Below, piece by piece: positions 14,906 to 26,800 of a stretch of DNA of 64,000 nt. The notes below the pieces were generated by a model. It was not told the DNA's origin. It saw only the letters and a list, made by a program, of their open reading frames with translations, and ran no database searches. Each line of letters opens with the position of its first letter. Position 1 is the first letter of the stretch. Origin of the DNA: Nemertoderma westbladi (Eukaryota > Animalia > Xenacoelomorpha); the NCBI GenBank assembly GCA_032718475.1, contig JAUCBJ010008380.1:38095-102094 (forward strand), written 5' to 3'. The translations under genes and the position numbers were made by a program.

Positions 14906-15086
14906 GTCAGTCAATTAAACCTTCCATTTTCAAATTTTTTATACTAGCTCTGTAGCTCTAGATTGTGCAATATTTTTGTGTATTCTTATTAGAACAACTG
15001 TTTTAGAACAATATCAATAATTGCAAAAAACACAATAGTGTATTAAAAATAGAATATTACTGTAGCTATAATAAATATGTTTTCAG

Positions 15087-15227
15087 GAAATCAAACCAAT
15101 CCCAGTGGTCCAATCAGAAGAATCGTCGGACATCCTGCGTTCTGACTTCTGATTGGCGGCTTTCTAGACAACATCAGGTCATAATAACCCGAGAACACAA
15201 TCGGAGCAGTATTGATGAAAGACATCG
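15087..15227 (+). CDS. DNAH5: Dynein heavy chain exon 2 (RKSNQSQW...SSIDERHR)
   Basis: Acceptor ttttcag, donor CG|GTACGT, open in the expected phase. It ends in DERHR, joining YLF of exon 3, like DARHNYLF in DNAH5. Confidence 0.8.
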
Positions 15228-15668
15228 GTACGTGTAATCTAATAAGCAGTTCCCATCGGTATTTATTTATGCCTACAGTATAATATAGATTCTAGTATTC
15301 GCTGTTTTTAATCTGACCTCACAGACCCTCTGCAGATTAACTCGGACCACCAGATCCCCACCCCTTACAAATACTACAGGGCGTAGTTGGTTATCATTTT
15401 CGTACAATGACAAATGAAAAAGTCACATCCACCCGTAAACAAAATAAACATTATTTACGTTAAAATGAAAGATTGACTTTCACTTTTAGGTGTCAAATAA
15501 AATAAGTACTGTATTCAATGCAAATATTCATTGAAAAAAGGTCGGCTTTTATTTTAAAATCGAATATTATTTTTATGTTCTAGAACCTTTAGGAAATAGT
15601 TTTTAAAAAATGGGCTAGAGTTCCGTATGCAGTCGCATTTGATATTTTGAATGCGACTATTTTTGATT

Positions 15669-17404
15669 CATAGAACCAGCCGAGAACCAGCCGATCGCCT
15701 CAATGGTTGGAAAGCCCACTTTGAAAAGCTCCTCAATAATGACAGGGTATTGCCTGATAACTTTATAGAAGTAAAGGTGTCTGAGTCTGTACTCCCAGAT
15801 ATTCCCATTGGCGATATCTCCTTTGCAGAAGTGAAGGCTGCTGCAAAGAGCATTAAGACCAATCGTGCCAGTGGAGTAGATGGTGTTCCCCCTGAGGTCT
15901 TTAAAATACCTGAGTGTTTAAAGCTCATCTATCCCATCATAGTAGACATGTACCGTACAACAAGAGTCCCACAAGAAATGAAAACAAATAAGTTGGTGCC
16001 AGTTCCCAAGAAGGGCAACCTAACACTCTATGGTTCTTTTCGGGGAATCTCATTGATCTCGATTGCTGCAAAGCTATACAATAGGATTCTATTAAATCGC
16101 ATCAGGGATCCCATTGAGAGACTGCTCCGTGGAAATCAGAATGGGTTCCGTAAAGGTCGTGGGACCATGGAGCCCATTTTGGCACTTAGAAGGATAATTG
16201 AAGAATTATCAAAAAAGAAAGACAGGCATCTGGCTGTTATCTTTGTTGACTTCTTCAAGGCCTTTGATTCAGTCTCTCGCTCACGTATGTTCAGCATACT
16301 TTCATTATATGGGATTCCTGATGAAATTATTGCAGCAATCAGATCAGTATACGATGGTTCGACAACATTTGTGTCTACTGTTGACGGTGACACAGAACCA
16401 TTTGAAGTGTTATGGGGCGTCCTCCAAGGAGACACACTTGCACCATTCTTGTTCATTATTGTGGTTGACTATGTTCTACGCATGTCCGTAGATCATCATA
16501 ATGATGATGGGGTGATGATAACTCCACCTACTGGCTCCAGAAGTCGAGGAAATCCTGCCAAGTACCTAACTGATCTAGACTTTGCTGATGACTTAGGAGT
16601 ACTCTCAGAATCATTAGAGGGAGCCCAACGGCTCCTCAGCTCATTAGAACATGCTGCTTCTAGTGTTGGTCTTTTTATTAACTCCAGAAAGACCAAAATT
16701 CTGACAGTTAACTTTGAAAGTCCTCAGCAAGTCTCTGATCGGATGAGCATAAGCTCAAAGGATGGTATGCTTGAGCATGTGGACGACTTCTGTTACCTGG
16801 GATCATGGATCCGGAAGTCAGGTGAGGACCTTCGAATACGTAAGGGAAAGGCATGGGCAGCCTTGAATAGGCTTTCCAGGATTTGGAAGTCACCGAGAAT
16901 TAATCGGAAACTTAAGGTCCGATTATTTAGAGCAGCAGTAGTTCCAGTACTCCTCTACGGGAGTCCATGCTGGGCTCTAACTGCTGAGGACACCAAATCT
17001 CTGGATGGCACATTCACAAGAATGCTACGCCGGGTTCATTGTGTCAAGTACAATGCACACATCTCCAACCAGACACTATATAACATTGGAGGTGTCTCAT
17101 TGGTTCCCCCAAGCTTGACACTTGAACAAAATCGCCTCCGCTTTGCAGGACATTGCTTTCGCCGTGAGGACCAGCCAGTGCATAATCTTGTACTTTGGCA
17201 GCCTCATGGAGTGAATAAGCATGGTGGACAGCCCATGACTTTCTTGAGACGCATCTTAATGGACACTGGCCTTAAAGATGCGGATGATCTAGCAAATGTC
17301 ATGGGTGATAGGGAGTTGTGGCGGTGCAATTTTGTTGACAAGCCGGCACAGCATTCTTAAAAATGCAGCTGCAATGCAGCATGCCGATCCTAGTAGTAGT
17401 AGTA
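15669..17404 (+). mobile_element. 5'-truncated RTE-clade LINE with open RT ORF and (TAG)n tail
   Basis: RT motifs KKGNL..FRGISL, QNGFR, FVDFFKAFDSV, GVLQGDTLAP, DLDFADD; RTE-type C-terminus RLRFAGHCFR. No endonuclease. TSD ATTTTTGATT at 15659-15668 and 17405-17414. Confidence 0.92.
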
Positions 17405-17916
17405 ATTTTTGATTAATGAAATGATGTACTTTCTGCATAGTAATATCACCACTGACTTAATTTCAACATTGAAAAAAAAATAGTATGTTCTAGAACATTA
17501 GCTAATCGTCTAGCTAGTAATTTTTCAAAACATGATTTATTAAATATTAACATTTTTTTTTATTTTATTATACATACCAAACATACAATCAACATTGTTA
17601 CTACAACAGTGAAATTTATCGTCTTTAATTGTCTATTAGACCTACTCTGCCCAGCAAAGGCACGTAACTCCAAAGTATACTGCCAGCATACTACTGTACC
17701 AGCATACTAAAAGCGCATACAAAAACCCTTTGGGGCTTGATTACCTGGCTTTGGGCGCTTGTTACGTGCCTTTACCTTTTGAGGGCAGTACTGCGGTTTC
17801 GGATATTCATCCTTTATTGCCGACACAATTACATCGAATGAGTTACTTTTCGCTTTTCAATGTGCGCATGGCAGCCACCACTGCAACCAATGCGCCACAT
17901 TGAACCGACAACTCAG

Positions 17917-18887
17917 ATACTAGTGTGTTTTGTGCAAAAAATTTTTCAAATTTTTTATACTAGCTAGTTTTTGTTACTTTTTTTAAAAACATGTTCTAGA
18001 ACATATAATCTATTCATTTAATATAAAAATTTTGTTCTAGAACAAAAAAATTGAAAAAAACAAGCTAATTTGTATATATTTTTCATTTTTTATTGTATGT
18101 TATCTTTGTATAAATTTTTAAAATTAGCTAGTTTTTTTTTCCTTTTTAAAAAAAAATGTTCTAGAGCATATTATCTATTCATTTAATATCGAAATCAACG
18201 AAATGGTAACCAATGGAGGAACCAATGGGACAACTGTAACAGTGGTCAACCAAATCTCGCTGCTAACAACAAACTCGGGGAGACCCCACAGAGCGCTGAA
18301 GATACCGCATAGCCGTAGAGACTGATACCCTGTGCTACATTAATATCACTTTATATACTCTATATATATTTGGGAGTTCGTATATTCATTGCATATCGTA
18401 TTGATTATAATTTAATATAAACTTTTTGTTCTAGAACAAAAAAAAACTAGCTAATTTGTAAATTTTTTATTCTATGTTGTCTTTGTATCACATATTTAAT
18501 GAAAATCACTAGCTACAATGAAAATTTGTAGTTGGTAGTAATTGTTACTAATCAAATAAAAAACACCACAAAATAGGTATAACATTTTTTTTATGTTGTA
18601 GAACAAAAAATATTTGTTCCAGAACATTACTTTTTACAAAATGAATAGACGAAATGCTCTAGAACATTAAAAAAAATAAAATAAACTAGCTTTGATAACT
18701 TCAAAAATACCTAATTAATTAATTTTGTTCTAGAACAACAATTATTTGTTCTAGAACAAAATTAATAATAAAAAATGAATAGACAATATGTTAGAGAACA
18801 TTTTTTTTAAAAAGTAACAAAAACTAGCTAGTATATAAAATTTGAGGGGGAGGTGGGGGTGGGGGGTGTGCACAAAACACACTAGTA
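17917..18887. repeat. Foldback-like structure with long AT-rich inverted arms rich in GTTCTAGAAC / CTAGCTAG palindromes
   Basis: actagtgtgttttgtgca (17919) vs tgcacaaaacacactagt (18869); ~17953-18020 is the reverse complement of ~18773-18840. Confidence 0.7.
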
Positions 18888-20365
18888 CCGACAAATCAAC
18901 CCGGAATGCTTCTCCAAGCTCTCACAAACTCGGAAAAACCCTAGAAAACCATAAAAATTGGAAATCCAAAGGAACTAGAATTTGCGCGAAAACATGTCCG
19001 AACATCGCGTTGCAGAAATTGTCGAACCAGTGATCCTGGTACGTGGAGCGGGATAGAGGCCTCTTAGCCGAGTGGTGGAGGGGGAAACATTAGCGACAGC
19101 TAATGTTCTGAAATTACAATAGCTAATATTGTCTTCTAAAACACAATTTTTTTTGAAAATTGTTGTGAGGAAGTCAACGATGGTAATTTAGTTCTAAATT
19201 AGTCATAATATATGCCCTATATATTTCATAAATTCTTTTTAGAAAATGCGACTGCATACGGAACTGTTCCCAAAAAATGATTTACAGAAATGTACTTTTT
19301 CGTTGCAAAACTATTTATTTCTTTATTTTGATACCTTTTCTAACTAATTGTTCTAGAAACTTGCCATCAACTCTCCAACACTAACCCTATTTCTAACGCA
19401 ACATTAACCCTAACCAAATCCTAATCGACAATAATTGTTTCTTAAATTAAAACAATTACATAGCAAACATGTTCTACTGTAGAAAAGCAAAGAAAAAATG
19501 TCAAGATCTCTCATGGAAATGTGAGGCGAGCCACAAACGTAGGCGAGCTTAGCATACGGGTATGACCTAGCACTATCTCAGAGTGTCTGTAAAAGGCCTA
19601 ATCGAGCAATACCGTAGGTGATTACATCTGTAGGACGGGCAGCATAAGGAGCCAGACTAATAAGACTGAATGGTGATTCTTTAGAAATAGCTAATTTCGT
19701 ATAGGCATTGACATGGTAAATTAATTTAATAATTTTTTCAGTATCAATACTATCGACATAAAGTAAGTTTTAATATTTTTAACAAATTGTGTCGCCTCCA
19801 CGCCTAAAATATATTACTTTTGTCATCAATCCTCTGTGCCCCTTTGGGTTGGGGTGCAGATTAAGAGGGGGGTCTTCTTTGATTTATTGGCGGTTTGGGT
19901 AGTATCTCATAAGTAAGCCTCGTGCTGCGCGAAGTCCCCACGAACGTGTTATTCTGCAGAACAACAAAATATTTAATTTACTCTATAAATTTTTAGTATT
20001 ATTGTGACGGGATCCAGGAGTTGGCAGTCTGAACCCCGACCGGTGTGTTGTTTTGGGCTATACGCGTCGCCGCGTCCGTAGGCTGCTGAAAGGCTGATGT
20101 CTGAATATTAAGGCCAAAGGCCGTTTGAATAACTGAGTTTTTAGTGGCAGTTGTTCGTAATGTCAGAATGTAATAATAGCACAATCAGAATATAATAGCA
20201 CGGTAATGACGACGGTTAAAAACCGTTCCGGTCTCACAACTCTACAGATACCAACTGAATCAGAATCAATAAATACAACGGTTATATTACTGACACATAT
20301 TGGTTACTCCTACTGTTCTAAGCGGCCTGGCCAATGGATGCGTTCCAATCACCTGTTTTTCCCCT

Positions 20366-21488
20366 TAGTTAGCGCTTTTAGTAAATTATGTTCTTTCACT
20401 CTCAATTTTCATATATATTTTGACTATTTTCTGTTACTTAATAAACCATGCAAAAATGAAGGCAAGATGTCCGGTCTGATACAATAAACGGAGTTGCGCT
20501 AGTGTACCTGTCAACTAGGGCCGCTCACTGTATCTGTTTATTTACCCTTTTTTCCTTCGATGCATTGATTTGCTCTATATTTCACTTAGTTCAATACGGT
20601 ATTTGATTATCTATTGCATTTGACTGAGATACTATACCGGGAGGGTGTGACAACACAGTATAACAAGTAAATGACTGACGAATTAATTATGTAAGGAGTC
20701 AAGTCTGGTGATTGTGTTTCCCTTTAGAGGAAACGTATAGTGACAAGTCTTTGGGTCTAATTATATTGATATCACTACAGTATTCAATTTGTGACAACTC
20801 TCAATCGTGATGTAATTAATAATAAGAGCTTTGCTTATATTAATGGTCTGAAATATCGCCATATATTAATTATTTAGTAAGTCGGAGGTATGACAATATA
20901 CAGATCTGATACAACTGTCCAGATTATCACTGATACTTAGTTACAGCAACCCACCTGTTGTGGCGCGTGTAAAACCTCCTTGATTACGTAATATCGGCGA
21001 TATTAAGCAAATAATAAAGATAAATTGAATAAACCAGTAGAATATACAATGTAGCGATGAATAATTATAATTCAATTATTAACTCTTTAAGTTAAGACCT
21101 TAGGCCTGTAATAACCACCAGTCAATTAAACTTGACCGGGGATCAAAGCCTCTGCATGGGCAGTGCGACTTCTTCTGTCAAACAATAACAAAAAGAGAGT
21201 AAAATCAATGATAGGACAACCGCACTTATATACTAGCTTTATCAGCAAGGAGCATAGCCAATAAGCATCACGTATTCCATTTGAGGCTTAGTAGGCCTTT
21301 ACAGTAGAAATTAGATCGAATATAGGTATAAGAGCACTAGATGGCGTAAGAACCTTTACTAAAGAATAATTTATAAGAAACAAATCAATATGATACCGTA
21401 ACTGGTCCTTTATCAATAAATATACAGTATTTTGGGAAAATTGTTAAAATAAGAAATTTTAAAGGCAGGATTTATACCTGCAGCAACA
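20366..21488. mobile_element. Probable solo LTR (1123 bp) inserted in the 3' LTR of element A
   Basis: Absent from the other LTR copy; flanked by 5-bp duplication CCCCT (20361-20365, 21489-21493); ends in AACA and starts TAGTT (degenerate TGTT). Confidence 0.7.
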
Positions 21489-21785
21489 CCCCTCCCATCA
21501 TTGGCTAACCGAATTAATCTCCATCTCGCCACTCCCTGTTGCCACTGTCCCCACGTGCTAGCCCCGCTAGCCCCTTTGTCCCCTTGAGATGGTTTATGAC
21601 CTCTCCACTTTGTTTCATGGCTGGTAATGTGTATCGCCTAAGTTGGTTATTAGGTGACATTATATTAGTAATGTCACCTTCCCAACTATATATAATTGGT
21701 AAAAAGCCACTTTGCCCATTTTCCGCTGGGTAGTGCAGGGAATTGAATCCGCTTACACCCCCCCCCCCCCCCCCCCCCCCCCCCC

Positions 21786-23844
21786 AGTAGAAGTTCAGCT
21801 TATACAGTAGAAGTTCAAAACCGCTTTGAAGCACTTCAGTCAATGGATGAAGACCAATCCACCGATTCAATATACCAGAATATAATAACAGCCCACAAGG
21901 AATCAGCAAAGAGGCATATCCCCCAGAAACCTAAACGAAAACAGTATGTGCCATGGCAAAACTCTGAGGTTACTTGTAAGAGAGAAGATCTTAAGATAGC
22001 CTACAAAGTTAAAACCGAACAACCAACAACCGAAAACATTAACAAGGTTGAGAAAGCTAAGGACGATCTTAAATTGGCCTACAACATCAGCCAGGAAAAG
22101 TACATACAGGATAAAACTGAAGCAATTACAACTGCTCACATACAGCAACAATCAAGACTTACCTGGCAAACTGTAAATGAGGTATCTGGTCGGAAAAGTT
22201 GTGCAAAGGGGCGCCTCAAAGCCGATAGTCCTGAAGAACGTGTTGGGAAGTGGAAAAATCACTTCAGCAACTTGCTTGGGCAGCCACCAAACATCGAGGT
22301 CAGCCCTACAAGGAAAATATATGACAAGACACTACCTATAGAAACAGGGGACTTCACACCTGCCGAACTCCAAAGAAGCATTAAAAGCATGTCCAATAAT
22401 AAAGCGAGTGGATTAGATGAAATCCCAGCGGAGGCATGGAAAACCGGAGTGCTAAATAGACCATTATTGAATGTTTGCAACCGGATGTTAAAAGGGGAAA
22501 AGCCACCACCAATTTGGACTAAAGGTCAACTAAAGCCTCTCCCCAAGAAAGGAGACCTCGGCATACCAACAAACTATCGTGGGATCTGTCTGCTTGTGGT
22601 AGCTGCCAAAATATACAATAAAATGATTCTATATAGGATTAGGCCTCACATAGAGAAACTACTGCGTAAGAGTCAAAACGGATTTCGACCAAGTAGATCA
22701 ACAATAGCTCAGATACTTGCACTACGGAGACTGATTGAAGGAATTAAGTCAAAGAATCTCCCCACAGTCATGACTTTTGTGGACTTCAAGAAGGCATTCG
22801 ACTCCATCCATAGAGGTAAAATGCTTGAAATCCTAAGAGCTTATGGAATACCAGAAGTAATTGTTGCTGGCATTGGATTGCTATATTGTGACACAGAAGC
22901 GCAGGTACTCTCACCAGATGGTGAAACTGAGTTTTTCTCAATCCTGGCTGGCGTACTGCAAGGTGACACATTAGCACCATTACTATTTGTAATTGTGCTG
23001 GATTACGCAATGAGGACGGCCACAAAGGGTGAAGATCTGGGATTCACACTTCAAGAACGCAGAAGTAGTAGATATCCGGCAACTACAGTCACAGACACCG
23101 ACTTTGCGGATGACATCGCCCTGCTCTCTAATACGCTAGCAGATGCACAGCTTCTACTAAATAAAGTGGAGAGGGCTGCTAAGGAGGTTGGATTGCATAT
23201 AAATGCTACCAAGACCAAATTCATGACCTTTAATGTTGATGGAAACTTGACAACCATTGATAATAATCAACTAAGGCAGGTTGATGACTTCCAGTACCTT
23301 GGATCATGGATAGAGAGTAGCAAAAAGGACATAGAAGTTAGGAAAGCAAAGGCTTGGGTAGCTCTATCAAAAATGGATACCATCTGGAAATCAGATCTCT
23401 CCAGGCACCTGAAGACCAAGTTCTTTCGAGCCACAATTTTTATACGGGGGTGAGACCTGGACACTGACTAAATCACTTGAACAACGAATTGATGGTTGCT
23501 ACACAAGACTACTAAGGGCAGCCCTAAACATCAGCTGGAGACAACACATGACAAACGCCGAGCTTTATGGTACAATACCACCTGTATCAACCACCCTCCG
23601 TGAACGCAGATTAAGATTCAGTGGGCACTGCTGGCGAAGTAAAGACGAGGTCATACCAGATCTACTTCTCTGGCAACCAACTCATGGAAAGCGTAGTCGT
23701 GGACGACCTGCCATAACATATATAGATCAACTTGAAAGGGATACTGAACTTGGGAGAAACGAAATTGCGACAACTATGGAGAATCGGGAAGCCTGGAAGG
23801 ATCTCATTTCCACTGTCCGAGTTCGCTCGACCTAGTAGTAGTAG
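21786..23844 (+). mobile_element. Second 5'-truncated RTE-clade LINE (different family), frameshifted near 23437, (TAG)n tail
   Basis: ORF 21843-23453 has QNGFR, FVDFKKAFDSI, GVLQGDTLAP, DTDFADD. It continues in another frame (LYGGETW...RLRFSGHCWR) to TAG at 23833-23835. Target duplication TACA+C-run on both sides. Confidence 0.92.
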
Positions 23845-26800
23845 TACACCCCCCCCCCCCATGCTATCTTCCCGGTGAGAAGATAGCATCAACCTTAAGT
23901 GCGCTTCAATTCCGCTGGAATCCAATCTAGTATTGGACATGTGGTGGAATTTTTTTCTCGGGGTCAGCTTTCCAGGCTGGCTCCCCTGGGTCTGTTTTCA
24001 CTACCCATCCTTGGTACATCTGCGCGCTAAGCTGTACCAAGGCATCTGGCGTCTCTGTTTTAGACGATCGCCCTCACTCCTCACACAATTTTATGTGCTC
24101 ATCCTGCTAGTCCGTTCCTCTCTCATCCCCCTCCACGCTCACTCCCCACGCTTGAATCTCGCACTCTTTACTTTTCTCCTTAACTCTAGCACCTACTCCC
24201 CCATGCTCCCCTGATACTCAACCCCTTGACTCTCACTTTCTAGGCTCTCATTGGGTTCCCACGGTCTCATACACGTATACGTTGTATATAATAAGTGAGT
24301 CCCTCGTCTTATCCCCCTGTTCCAGTCAATTAGTCCCCAGTCCCAGTAGCTAATTGGAAAAGGTTACATCTGACTATTTCATCACCTTTGATGGTTATAC
24401 CACACTACGATTTATTTTATAAATCTTATTTATATTATTTACAATTAGGGTGGGAGTATTTCCATTTTGTCTATAATTCTGGCGCTGCCTCCTAGACACC
24501 TTGCTGTTTTCCCGTTGGTGAATGACGTCAGCGAATAACATCTAGAGCGTCGGTCTAGAACTTCTATCCCCTCCTTTCAGTGCATATGCTCACTTTCTCC
24601 TTTGTCCTCGTTATGGCTTGGACAGCTCCCTGGCATCCCGTCAGTTCTTAATCATGGATGTACTTGCCGCCATGGCTTGAGTGCAGGCGTTATCATCTCT
24701 CGATAACGTTTCTCTAGTGGTCCCATCAAGTGTCCGTCCTACCCATACCCCTGGTAGCACCCTTGGGACGACCAATTCTGTCTGAATCAGTGTTAAAATC
24801 TGGGATGGCTCACCCCTTCATATCCTCGCTAACCCATGTAATATGTCCGATACCCCTTTATCATGACTCTCCACTTAGGTTCTATTGTTTATCTGATGCT
24901 TGTTGCTATATAACTAATTCATCACTACTTGCCTACAGAAAAGACTAGCTATAACCCTCCCGTTGCATTGTTATACTAGCTTCCTACCAGACCACTTTCT
25001 GGCTCTGTAGCAATACTCTATCTCTCCACACTGGGCTATGCGCTATAGTAGTCTAGGTTGTGCGGCCTACACAGTCTATCCTACTACGCCTACATATCCC
25101 CCTCAACTCCTCATGTGGCGCCCTCATTGCCCACTATTGTACGTATTACGTGTTTGTTATTGGTCCCATTGACCCGGCTTGTGCTGCTATTTATTACATA
25201 TGTTGGCACATTGTGCCCATCAAACATACACAATGTATACCCCTCCTAATCCTCACTATGGTACTGTGTACCCTTCTACTACAGTATACATACCCCCCCC
25301 CCCCCCCCCTCAACTCCTCACGTGGCGCCCTCAGTGCCCACAATAGTACGAATTACGTTTTTATGGTACTATGTACCCTTCTACTACAGTATGCGTACAT
25401 ACCCCCCCCCCCCCCCCCCTTCAACTCCTGACCTGGCACCCTCAGTGCCCACAATAGTACTGGTGGTGCGTATGTAAATTAGGTACGTTGGTACATTAGT
25501 ACCCATCCGACGTACGTAATTGTAACTACCTACACCTACATATTATGTACATTGGTACGTCCGTACCCATCAGACGTGCATAATTGTCTACCTAAAGTGT
25601 ACCTTGGTACTACTATTTACTACTTATTTTATTTTTATTATTTGTTTATTTTGTTTAATGTGTGGGAAGGGCGTTTTGCCCTCATTCCCACCCCTATCAG
25701 TCCAATATATTGGATGACTCAACTAACTTAGGGCATACCCTTCCAATAGGCAACACTTCCCTACCGCCCTCCTGTAGGTCTTCCTATCTTTGGCCCCTAT
25801 CCTTTCCTCCGATCCTCACCTCCACGGATCTAATCCTTCCGTCCTCGCCGGGGTAGCATTCAACTACCCTAGCCAGCCTCCAGTGATTGTTGATAATTGT
25901 GTCGTCTGTGATAATTATCAAGTCACCCTTCCTGAGCTCCCTCTGGTTATTCCTCCATTTGCTCCTCTTGTGCAGTGTTGGAAGGTACTCTTGGATCCAC
26001 CTTGTCCAATACTCTTCACTTATCGCCTTGCCACCTTCCAGCTTTGACGCGAATGTATATCGTCTGGATCGATGTTTCGCATGTCAATCGTCGCTGGTCT
26101 CTCCATCAGCAGGTGTGCTGGTGTTAGGACGTCCAGCGATTCTGGATCGTCGTTCTCGGGGTACAGCATGCGGCTGTTGATAATCCCCTCGCATTTCGCC
26201 AGCACTGTCCTTAGCACGTCCTCAGTGACCATATGGTTATTCATCAGTTTGGTCATGAGTTGTTTGGAGCATCTTCACCCTCTAAAATGTCAAGTCCACG
26301 TACTTCCTGATGGTCTTGTGGATGTACTCGTTCTTTTCGGGGCTCCGTCTAAGCATTTGCTTTAATTTTCGAAGCCTCGTCATGACAATCCTCTTGTTGT
26401 CTGGTTGGGGCACCTTCGGCTGCTTCCATACCATCCCTATTGTATATCGACCCCCCTCGCACTTCATCGAGTTCCTAACGCTCTCCTGCGCCTGCTTGTC
26501 CTCCACTGAGGTTCCGATCCCGGTCTCCTTTAACCCCTCGAAGTCCTGCCGTAGCAGCCTCTTGAGTTGCTCCTCTGCTCCTTCGTCCTCCATTTCCCTC
26601 ATTGTTCCTGCGAACATGCACCCTGAGGATTCGGACATGCTAAACGGGATTCTCGTTTTTATTTGGCCACTGAGCGTCCATCCGAATGGCGTGAGAATGG
26701 CCACCGGGTCTCACTCCCTATCCTCGCCGAACACGGTCCGTAGTCTCTCATGGGCCGTCAGACAGTCCATGCCGACTATGAGAGACACTTTTGGGACGTC

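Larger units (their letters stand above)
15613..19271. mobile_element. Non-autonomous TIR DNA transposon, Merlin-like
   Basis: 28-bp imperfect TIRs (GGCTAGAGTTCCGTATGCAGTCGCATTT / AAATGCGACTGCATACGGAACTGTTCCC) and an 8-bp TSD AAAAAATG (15605-15612, 19272-19279). GG termini with an 8-bp TSD fit Merlin. No transposase present. Confidence 0.7.

Noticed and set aside
15651-15668. ATG start of the 569-aa RT ORF as a stand-alone or domesticated gene
   Set aside because: The ATG lies in flanking DNA upstream of the LINE's target duplication; the element is simply 5'-truncated.
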